Sequence record: OR513085.1
Length of the DNA: 64,000 bases
Reading direction: 5' to 3' (one strand)
This document shows positions 9,213 through 18,800 of the stretch, one piece after another (within the stretch, counting starts at the first letter, position 1; every line of letters starts with the position of its first letter). The translations under genes and the position numbers were made by a program. The notes below the pieces were generated by a model that saw only the letters and a list, made by a program, of their open reading frames with translations, ran no database searches and was not told the DNA's origin.

Positions 9213-10790
9213 ATGAATAATAACGAAATTAGAGCTGATGTTGAATGGTTCAAATTTCCTAAGTTCCCTCCTGAAAAAGTTAACGTTTACGTAAAGTGGC
9301 AATATCCAAACGATACTGAAATTCATATTGACGTTTGCTATCTTTACCGAGCATATCCAAAAATGACCAAGGATGGCTACAAAAAACTATTTTGGTTCGT
9401 AGACAAAAAGTCAAATCATGAAGCTATTCCTATGGAACACGTTATCGAATGGGCTTATGAAAACGAGGACGACGATGACCCGGAAATTCCTGAAAATGAT
9501 ATGCTTGGTACGATTTATGAATTTGGTCGTAACAACTGGCAACCAGGATTTGATGGCGAATGGATTGGCAAATGGGGTGTCTTTTGGGATTACGATTCTA
9601 CTAACGCGCTGATAGTCAGAGAAATTGTAGAAGATGGCGGCGACTTAATGTACGACATTAACCACAGTTCTGCATTAATTACTTACGACTACACTATTAC
9701 ATTACGTAATTTTGAAAATAGCAGCATAATGCTATGGGGTAACAGATATGTCAAACAATACGATGGTCATACCGAAATACGAACGTTTTTGACATGCAAA
9801 TACATCGCTGATACAGATACATACGAAATACGATGGGCTGATGAGAAATATTCGTTAATAAGTCTAAATGCCGCAGTCGTACAAGTGCCTGCAAGTGAAT
9901 ATTTGCATACTGATGAATGGCAGTTAACTATAGAGTCTAAACGTACTGCATATTATGTTGCTGTTAAGAACTTACGTACTAACAAAACTTACGTTGTATA
10001 GGATGGTCCTAATTATTGGACAAAGCCGCATAGATGCTATTTTATTTTAAAGCAAATAAAATCGCTACCTGCAGAAGAGCGCCCTGCATTAGTAGACGTA
10101 AAATATCATTCAAAACAGGAGACTTTTGTACCATTTTTGATTTACGCAGATATGTCAGCATTCGGTGCTAACGTAGATGGTTCATATGCATTAGGCGGTT
10201 GGGGTTCTTGCTTTAAAGACGCTGTACTATATGGCGGATGCACTGCAACAAACCAAATGATATATGACTATTCTAAAGAAATTGCATTAATTAAACCAGG
10301 TGCATTAATTATAGCAGGCGGTGCATATCCTCATATGCTTATGCCTGGCTGGGAAGGTGATGAAATGATGAGAGCTATGCAATGGTTTAAGACAGATTAT
10401 CCTGATCAGCTAATAACGTTTCTTAAAGTTGCAATATACGGCAAAGTATATCCTAACGCAGCATCGCAGGTTCAATGTACACTAATGTTTCAACCTGAGC
10501 CAGGAACGCCGGAATACGATGTGCTTGAGGATTTTAAGCCGTACAATTATTGCATGGCTCCTGGTACTGAAGACGATCCTACTATACGAACAGCATTCTC
10601 TGAACATGACAATCCTGAAGCTCCGCAAATGTATCAAGGTTTACTTACAGATGTTGGCGTAACATATTTGACAGTAAAGGCAGACGAAAAATGGGGCGAG
10701 ACTAGAAAACGTTTTATACGTAAGTACGTAACTAAGTGGTTGACTGAACGTAACTTGCCATTAGACAAACTTGAAAAATACATAAAATAA
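9213..10790 (+). CDS. DUF551-like + beta-sandwich + SGNH-like protein interrupted by one in-frame TAG (readthrough gene or pseudogene)
   Basis: ORFs 9213..10001 and 10137..10790 share a frame with only TAG 9999-10001 between them; the 525-aa joined product aligns end to end with 10804..12402. Confidence 0.75.
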
Positions 10791-10803
10791 CAAACATTTT
10801 TAA

Positions 10804-12402
10804 ATGAGCAGAGAAATAATTGACATTAAGGATGCAGTTTGGTACACGCTTGAAGAAAAACTGCCGAAAGAAAATTCGACAGTTTTCATTAAGTGGAAAC
10901 ATGCAAAAGATGATGCTGAACTTCATCATTTGTGCAGATACGGCAAAACGTATCAGTCTATGACGCTTAACCGCAAGAATATGTTTTGGAAACTTAGCAC
11001 ACCAGATAATTGGGATGCTTTTGAAACTGATGACGTTTTGCAATGGGCATATGCATACTCGGATGAAGAGGACCCAATTATACCGAACTTAGAGCCTATC
11101 GGCGTACTTTATGATTTTAACAAAGACAATAAGTTTGAAGGTTCCGCCGATTCGTTTTATCATAACGCTCTAATAGTTGATGAAGATGGCTATCTTGTAA
11201 AAGACCCAAACTATAATAGCTGGTTCATTGCAGTTACTTGCAAAAAACATTCAGGCTTATTCGAGTTTAAGTACACTATAGAAGTTAACGACTTAATAAA
11301 CAACGAATTTGAATTGTACAGTACTGGGTATAATCCTAGACGTTTTGGCCACACTGACAATACTATTAGATTTGAAGCTTATCGTATGTGGTCAGGTGCA
11401 GATAAAATATTATTCAGACTAGTAGATAATAGCACTAATACTACGTACAATTCAGATGATGCATTGCAGTCTAGTGATTTTGACGAAGAACGTTTTTACA
11501 GAATTACCGTAGAATCTACTTTCGATTGGTTCAAAGTTTATATCGTTGACACTGAAACTAATGCAAAATATTCGTTGTACGATGGACCTAACAAATTTAC
11601 AGATTCGCATTATTTAAAAGTTAAGTATAACGGTAACGTTGACGTAGATGGTGTTTATAAAATTCGCCAGCTTAAATTTGAATCTAACGCAAATAAGTTT
11701 TTGCCTTTCTTAATGTTTACTGACTATTCAGGTTTTGGCGTAGACGTTAATACAAAAATAAACGTTAAAGAAAATGGTTGGAATAGTTGTTACACATTGT
11801 CAGAGCCGTATGGTGGCGGATATTTGGACATTACTAAGCTAACACATTTAATTGACGAAATTGCTTTACGTAAACCAGGAACTCTAATTTTAGGTGCAGG
11901 TGCGTACAGAGGAGTATTTAAACCAGATGATCCTGTGCTAGTAGAAATGTTTGAAAAGGAAATTGGCCAAGCTCTAGACAAATTAGAAGCTGCGATAGGC
12001 AAAGAAAACATTGCAGTTATCGACGTTGCAGTTTATGAATCAATGTACCCTGATTCAAAATGGGCCAAGGACTATACTAGAAGAGTTTTGCTAGGTGAGC
12101 GTGGTTATGACGACTTAGGTGTAAGTCCTTATGATGAACTTAAAGACCCTAATTCGCCAGTCGACATTATTCAACAAAGATTTAATGGAACTCTGCCATC
12201 TGACGATAACTTACATGTTTGGGGTAAACTTAATGACGTTGGTATTTCGTACTTAAATGCTAAAGTTGAACAAAGCAATGCACTATACAACAACATGCGT
12301 ACTAGATACGTAAATTATGTTAAGCGTTGGTTAACTGAACATGACTTAGACTCTAATGACTATCAAAAGTACTTAGCGCACTACTACAAAAACGCTAGAT
12401 AA
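10804..12402 (+). CDS. DUF551-like + beta-sandwich + degenerate SGNH-like protein (possible virion appendage)
   Basis: VWYTLEEKLPKE..QWAY N-terminus; beta-rich middle; FTDYSGFG, KPGTLILGAGAY, LNDVG resemble SGNH blocks. Confidence 0.5.
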   Translation: MSREIIDIKDAVWYTLEEKLPKENSTVFIKWKHAKDDAELHHLCRYGKTYQSMTLNRKNMFWKLSTPDNWDAFETDDVLQWAYAYSDEEDPIIPNLEPIGVLYDFNKDNKFEGSADSFYHNALIVDEDGYLVKDPNYNSWFIAVTCKKHSGLFEFKYTIEVNDLINNEFELYSTGYNPRRFGHTDNTIRFEAYRMWSGADKILFRLVDNSTNTTYNSDDALQSSDFDEERFYRITVESTFDWFKVYIVDTETNAKYSLYDGPNKFTDSHYLKVKYNGNVDVDGVYKIRQLKFESNANKFLPFLMFTDYSGFGVDVNTKINVKENGWNSCYTLSEPYGGGYLDITKLTHLIDEIALRKPGTLILGAGAYRGVFKPDDPVLVEMFEKEIGQALDKLEAAIGKENIAVIDVAVYESMYPDSKWAKDYTRRVLLGERGYDDLGVSPYDELKDPNSPVDIIQQRFNGTLPSDDNLHVWGKLNDVGISYLNAKVEQSNALYNNMRTRYVNYVKRWLTEHDLDSNDYQKYLAHYYKNAR

Positions 12403-12409
12403 AGCTTTG

Positions 12410-12441
12410 AAGCCAGAACGTTCGTAACGTTCTGGCTTTTT
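12410..12441 (+). terminator. Rho-independent terminator (ACGT-core family)
   Basis: aagccagaacgtt-cgt-aacgttctggctt + T run. Confidence 0.9.
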
Positions 12442-12460
12442 GTTGCTAATATGCTAAGCA

Positions 12461-12486
12461 TGCACAACTTCTGCAGAAGTTGTGCA
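12461..12486. repeat. Perfect 26-bp palindrome
   Basis: tgcacaacttctgcagaagttgtgca equals its own reverse complement. Confidence 0.95.
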
Positions 12487-12533
12487 AGTAAAACTTTTCC
12501 ATAGGAATACATAAACTACAAATATTTCCAAAC

Positions 12534-14078
12534 ATGGCATTTAACGTAATTACGTTGATGGACGCTAACGTTCTTGTTGAGAAAACGCGAAACATCGACA
12601 TACTTTCAGATAACAAACTTTTCAAATTAAATACAACTCATGGCGAGCAAGTTTGGTCGTCTAATAAAGCAACTAACAACTCAGAAGCTTCAACGTTCAC
12701 AAGAGAGTACATTAGACCTGTTTTAGTTGGCAAAAATTCTGATGGGTTTAGACCTGTAGCGCCTACGGAGATTGTAGCAGACGGAAACGCTCAGCTACTT
12801 TGCAACATACATAACGTTTTTATTTCGTCGTTTGACTTTAAAACGTTGTATTCTAATGCATACTCTGCTACATTGGAAATCTACCAAGTTTACGACGGTA
12901 AGGAAATTATACTAAGCTCAAATGTCTTGGCTTTGATGGACTTCAGGCTTAGTAAATTTGACCTTGAATATGCAAACAGATTCTATTCAACATATTGCCC
13001 AGTTCAGGTAGTAGACTTGACTTCAATGTTACTATCTAAAAATCCTGACCATATTGAGTTAGTTTCACAAATAATCGATGTGCCTAGCAGTCAAATTAAC
13101 GAGGCTTTGCTAAGTAATATCCACTACCGCTTTGCATACATTGACGAATCTACTATAACAGTTCCGCCTACTACAGCGTATTTTGAATTTGACATTACTG
13201 AGATTGTTTCACGTCCAGAAAGCCCTGCATCTTGGGCACTTGAAGGTGACTTAAATGTACTAGTTACTAGGTCAGGTCGTAGAATACAAATTGGCTTAGA
13301 TCAGTCAAATCCTGACTTAATGAACACTCTAACGCAAATTGTCGATAGCGTAGAATTGCTAAGCATAACGTATGACGTAACGTTTACATCGTACAAAAGT
13401 ACAGTAGACCCAAATGATTTTGAATATCAGGGAGTACATTACGAAGAAATTGGCAAATATAGCATTACTTGCGCTAATACATTCGAGCCAGTAGAGCCTG
13501 TTACGTTACTACCAGATATTGCAGATAGCGCGGACTTACTAAGCATTAACGTACTTATGCAAATAACATCATCACGTAATACAATTTCTTTAAGCAAAAC
13601 GTATAACCAATTGTTCCTTGGTACTGACTTATCTGCACTAAAGAACATAGTCTACAACATTCAAGCAGAGCAATTCAGAATCAACAATGTTATCGAAACT
13701 ACTCAGAACGTTGTAACGTTCAACAATACTAGCGGAGTTAACACGATAGCTCAACGTAATAGCTTACAATTTGTAACGCTAAAAGCTGTACATATCAATG
13801 ACTTCGACAGCGGCCAGCTTTCAACTGATGCTACAGAAACTACTCTTTACTTACGAACTACGCCAATGATGTTCGCAGTTAAGTTCATTTCAGATGTAGA
13901 CTTCGACCTACGTAAATACGAGGCTATCGAAATTACGTACAATGCAAGGTCACAAAAACCAACAAAAATTGAAAAAGACGTACTATATTTCCAACTAGGC
14001 TGGCAAGATGCTACCGAAATAGCTGTAGTTATTAACGGTGTTGTAGCAACTGTGCTAGGCGCACAAAAAGCATTCTGA
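12534..14078 (+). CDS. Hypothetical protein, probably structural
   Basis: 514 aa, beta-rich; ATACATAAAC late-type element upstream. Confidence 0.45.
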   Translation: MAFNVITLMDANVLVEKTRNIDILSDNKLFKLNTTHGEQVWSSNKATNNSEASTFTREYIRPVLVGKNSDGFRPVAPTEIVADGNAQLLCNIHNVFISSFDFKTLYSNAYSATLEIYQVYDGKEIILSSNVLALMDFRLSKFDLEYANRFYSTYCPVQVVDLTSMLLSKNPDHIELVSQIIDVPSSQINEALLSNIHYRFAYIDESTITVPPTTAYFEFDITEIVSRPESPASWALEGDLNVLVTRSGRRIQIGLDQSNPDLMNTLTQIVDSVELLSITYDVTFTSYKSTVDPNDFEYQGVHYEEIGKYSITCANTFEPVEPVTLLPDIADSADLLSINVLMQITSSRNTISLSKTYNQLFLGTDLSALKNIVYNIQAEQFRINNVIETTQNVVTFNNTSGVNTIAQRNSLQFVTLKAVHINDFDSGQLSTDATETTLYLRTTPMMFAVKFISDVDFDLRKYEAIEITYNARSQKPTKIEKDVLYFQLGWQDATEIAVVINGVVATVLGAQKAF

Positions 14079-14080
14079 TT

Positions 14081-14311
14081 ATGACAACACTTATCTTAAC
14101 AAACAATGACAAACTAATTCTTAAAGCGATAAAGCCTGAATACTGCGTTAGCTCAGCAGGCGAGGCTAAACATCGTAACGTAGCTAACGGTTACTTCATT
14201 GACGCTATACTAGCCGAACGTTTTGAAGAGGCCAGGCAATACTTACATTTGCTAACTAAAGACTTTAGAGAAGTCATAGTTACAAAATTTCCAAACTTAC
14301 TTGATATTTGA
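14081..14311 (+). CDS. Hypothetical protein
   Basis: 76-aa ORF coupled to the upstream gene. Confidence 0.55.
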   Translation: MTTLILTNNDKLILKAIKPEYCVSSAGEAKHRNVANGYFIDAILAERFEEARQYLHLLTKDFREVIVTKFPNLLDI

Positions 14312-14317
14312 AATGCA

Positions 14318-14395
14318 ATGCAGCTATGAAAATAGTTGCATTTTTTGTGCATAAAATTTTCACATGTCAAAAACTTTTCTTATATTTGTAATAAC
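14318..14395 (+). promoter_or_regulatory. Hairpin + promoter cassette, TATATTTG class
   Basis: atgcagctat-gaaa-atagttgcat, then ttttcacatgtc-N12-tatatttg (14381-14388). Confidence 0.75.
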
Positions 14396-14414
14396 AATAA
14401 TAAAATAAAACATA

Positions 14415-15035
14415 ATGAAGCAATTAACTAAAGCAATATTTGACCTAGCGCAACCGATTTATGGAAGGCTTAACAAACGTACATTTGTAAATTTTGAAGT
14501 AGGCGACCTTGTAGATGAATCCAGACAGCAAGGCATGCATGGATATGACATAGACTTTGACGTAATACTTTCAAACGGCAAACCTTTACAACGTGAATAT
14601 GTTTGGACATTAGAACAAAAACAATCTTTGATTTTGTCAATGCTTAAAGGAATTAAGTTGCCGCAATTCCACTTCGCAATATTTAAGGAATCTGACAAAG
14701 CTAAAAATCCTTATGACCGTAGACTATTCAAAGTTATCGACGGCAAACAAAGACTTTCTGCAATTAAGGAATTTGTTGAAAATAAGTATGCTATATTCAT
14801 TGGCAATGAAACGTATTATTTTTCCGATTTTGATAGCGAAATGGAATATAAAATAAGAACTTACACAATTGATTGTAGCGTGTATTATGAACATAAGTAC
14901 GTAAATGAGCCAAAGCATAACACATACTTAACTGACAGAGAATTAGTAGAATGGTTTATTCTAGTTAACTGGGCAGGTGTTCAGCAAGAGGCCGAACATA
15001 TGTTTAATTTACGTGAATCTTTAAAAACAAAATAA
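14415..15035 (+). CDS. DUF262 (ParB-superfamily, GmrS-like) protein
   Basis: LQREYVWTLEQKQSLILSMLKGIKLP and VIDGKQRL. Confidence 0.85.
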   Translation: MKQLTKAIFDLAQPIYGRLNKRTFVNFEVGDLVDESRQQGMHGYDIDFDVILSNGKPLQREYVWTLEQKQSLILSMLKGIKLPQFHFAIFKESDKAKNPYDRRLFKVIDGKQRLSAIKEFVENKYAIFIGNETYYFSDFDSEMEYKIRTYTIDCSVYYEHKYVNEPKHNTYLTDRELVEWFILVNWAGVQQEAEHMFNLRESLKTK

Positions 15036-15036
15036 C

Positions 15037-15765
15037 ATGGCACAAGAAACATACACAATCGTAACTGACGAAGCTAAACTAAAAGAATTTATTGCATCAT
15101 TGCCTGACAGTCATAACAAGGATTTAGTTTACTATGTCTGCCTATTCGCTAGGTCAAAGTACTTAAGCGAAGATAACAAAAATAGCATAACGCACATAAA
15201 GTCAGACAAGGCTCAGCTAAAACGTTTTGTAGCTACTAAAGCTACTTTGCTAACAAAAATTAAGCAACTTGAATGTCCGCTAGGTTCGTATATGCAATAC
15301 AAAACTAATGTTCCGGACAACCCAGTACCTCAGGAAAGCTTAGCACTATACATGACAATCAATCCAAGGTCGTTAAAGAAGGCTACAAAAAATTCGGCCA
15401 AAAAGTTTTTGGATATGTTACTAGATAATCCAGGCTGCCCATTCAATCCTAGTAAATTTGCAATGTCTGAAATTCAACGTAGCCGAGGACGTACTGACTA
15501 TATCGTGTTTGACCTTGATAGCAAAGTACATGCGAAAGATTGGCTACGTGGTAAACTTAAAGAAATTGTAGGCTGTGGCGATGGCCAATTCAGAATCCTT
15601 GAAACTCGTGGCGGCTACCATATACTAGTCAATCCTGACGGACTTAAAGGCAATTGGTTCAACAAAGTGCAGCAAGTGCTAGGCTTAGATTTAGACCAAT
15701 GCGGCGACATTATGATTCCTGTGCCAGGTACTCATCAAGGAGGCTGGACACCTAGATTTGTCTAA
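15037..15765 (+). CDS. Archaeo-eukaryotic primase (AEP)-fold-like protein
   Basis: IVFDLD, ETRGGYH, D..IPVPGT resemble AEP motifs I-III. Confidence 0.5.
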   Translation: MAQETYTIVTDEAKLKEFIASLPDSHNKDLVYYVCLFARSKYLSEDNKNSITHIKSDKAQLKRFVATKATLLTKIKQLECPLGSYMQYKTNVPDNPVPQESLALYMTINPRSLKKATKNSAKKFLDMLLDNPGCPFNPSKFAMSEIQRSRGRTDYIVFDLDSKVHAKDWLRGKLKEIVGCGDGQFRILETRGGYHILVNPDGLKGNWFNKVQQVLGLDLDQCGDIMIPVPGTHQGGWTPRFV

Positions 15766-15791
15766 ACAACTTAACTTAAACAAGTATATAT

Positions 15792-15818
15792 AAGACCGGC
15801 TACAATGCCGGTTTTTTA
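15792..15818 (+). terminator. Rho-independent terminator
   Basis: accggc-tacaat-gccggt + T run. Confidence 0.7.
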
Positions 15819-15847
15819 GTATCATACACATAAATAAAAATCAATAA

Positions 15848-18800
15848 ATGTCGTTAAAAGATGTAAAAATCCTATTGAATGCTGGCTTCTCGGCTAACAA
15901 ACTTATAGGAGAAACTAATGGTGACGAGTTGTTTGAGCTAATAAAAAGCTCGGCTTATGGTAGCGACTTACCAAAAGAGCGTAGACCTACAATATCACAG
16001 TCCTCTACAAATCATAGACCTTTAAACGATACTAACGAATACCTTGGATGGAACGGACTTCAGCCAATTGACATTGACATACGTAACAAAACTTGTGCTT
16101 CGTTAGTCAAAAAGATTTTTGAGAAAACATTGTACAAATATCATTGGTGTCATTCTATTGCACTTTCAACATCCGGGTCAGGTCTTCACGTTTACACGTA
16201 CACTGAACCAATCTCAACTTTTACTGCAGAAGCTTCCATGGCAGCATCAATGTTACGTGAGTATTACTTAGATGCTTACGAATATAAACTTATGGTTTTA
16301 TGGAAGGCTTTGCACTTAGCGTATGACGTTATGTTGGAGCTTGGTGTTGATGAAGAAGTTGCAAAATGCTGCCATCCTATTGACCATGGTCATGTAGACC
16401 CTGCAGGAAAACCTTTGGATGTTTTGGACGTTACGTCTTCGAGAATATCACAACCACTGATTATTACAGCAGACCCGTCAATTTCAAAAAACGAAAACAA
16501 TTTTGTTTTTATGGACTTGATGTTACCTGATGTTCTTACATTCTATGCTGGCGTTGATGAAAAGTATCGCATGAACATACTTAAAGAACAATTTGACAGG
16601 ATTCGTAACCGTTACGGAGTTTCGTTAGTCAATGGTAAAGTAGTTTATGCAGATAACCACGAATTCGACAATTCATTCAAGGACAAAATTAAGTTTGAGG
16701 AAGGCGAAATTAAAGACTTGTACAACCAAGCTAATCCAATGTACTACGACAACACTAAACGTTATCGTATGGCGTATACGTTGGCTTATCTTTTTGATGT
16801 CAAGGAATACAATTCTGATAGGTACAACCAAGTAGAAGGCATTTTCCTTAAACTTTGTTCAGGTAACCCAAAGTTCCAGCGTGAAAAGTTCCAGTATTCA
16901 AATGTTTTTAAGTCTGCAGTAGATCGTAACATTAGAGGAAATTGTCCTTGTATATGGTCGGCAGTTAAAGAACTACGAGATCAGCATGGATTTAATATTG
17001 TCATTGAAGTTAATGAAGAGGAAGTTCGTGAACAAATTGAAAATGCAAACACTACAGACTTAATTACGGAGTACATTTTGGAACCTGTTAAGTACAATGA
17101 CTTCTTTAGACTTAACTATACTCATGAATATCACTTAAAAAACAATGAGTACATTGGAACTTACAAAGATTCGTTGCTTGGAATCCTTAAACATGGCATT
17201 AATATGCTTGATGCGCCTCCAGGATTTGGTAAAACTGAATTTATCAAAGCAGCATCTGCAGAAAAGCGTATAATGCTAGTAGTTCCGTATACATCGATTC
17301 TGCAATCAAAAATTGAACCATCAGACCTTGGATTTGAATGCTTCTACGGAGATAAGCCTGTTAATTTTGCAGGAGCAAATCACGTAGCTTTGACTTTCGA
17401 TAAGTTCACAAAAATCGACATTGACGAAGTTTCAATGATGTTCGATATCGTAGCTATTGACGAATGTCACTTATTGACAATGTCGTCATATAGAGGCGTA
17501 GTTCCTGCAGATGTTATCGACAAAGCAAATGCACTTAAAACGGTAACGATTATCATGACAGGTACTCACATATCTGAGCATTTGTTTATGAACCTTCAAA
17601 CTGCAATTAAGTTTACAAGACCTGCATCAACACGTAACAAAAATATGAACTTTGTTATGTGTATGTCTAATGGCGACAAACTAACAAAGATTGCCATGCA
17701 TATTGCGAATGCTTTGAAGTCTGGCAAAAAGATTTTGTTTCCGACAAACAAAGGTACTGAATATCAAGAAAGGCTAACTGCAGCAACTAGAGCCTTTTAT
17801 GGTTCACAAATTAAGTCAAGATACTACAAACGCGAGAATCACTTAGCGGACTTTGTTGATGACATTAACTTGAAAGGCACTACAACCGATGTAGATTTAT
17901 TGTTTTGCTCCAATTATCTTTCGGTTGGCGTAGATATCAATGACACTACAGAATTCGACGTTATTTATGATGAACAATTTACTGCACAGGAAATCGAACA
18001 GTTTAATTGTAGATTACGTAAGCTAGACATTGAGTCGTTTTATTACTTCTCTAAAGTAGATGCTTCTGGAATGCCTAAAAACATAACATTGTATGAGGAC
18101 CTTTCGTTGGACTTAACACAGGATGAAGCTCTGTCATTCAATGATATTCAACAATTGCACCTACAGACTGATACATCCGCAAATCTTTGGGACTTCTTTA
18201 AATATGCATTCACTATGCCTTATTTCATAAAGGACCATGTATCTGGAGAAGTTCATGTACATAACACTTGTTTTAGATTGCATAAATTTGAAGAAAAGTG
18301 GAGAGAATGGGCTATTCAACTTAATGTTGTAGCTACGTTTTTAAGCTATTATGGTTACACTTGTGATGTAGTTCAAAACATTGCCGAAAACGAAGATGCT
18401 ATACAAACTGCAGTTGCTGCAGCCAAGGAAGCTGCCGGCGAATATCGTAAAAAACGTAATGACTTAACTGCACAATTCCTTAAATTAGCTAAAGCAGATG
18501 ACAAAACATTTGCGTTCATTATGGATGTTAAGTTTGAGGATATCGTAGACTCTGATACGTTCGACATTGTTAAACGTAAAGGTAAGCCTACGTTACTTAT
18601 TGCAGACTCTAGCATTTTTACAAACTGGCGTAGAATTATGCGATTGCTTTCGCGTTATTACATACGCGAGACTATTTTTGACATTATTGAACAATATTGT
18701 TTTGATGGTGAAACTTACAATATTTCAGCGTCAAACAGACTTATTGATGCTTTACGAGTTATTCAAAATACCGAGGATGAAAACTTAGTAGAGTCTAATA

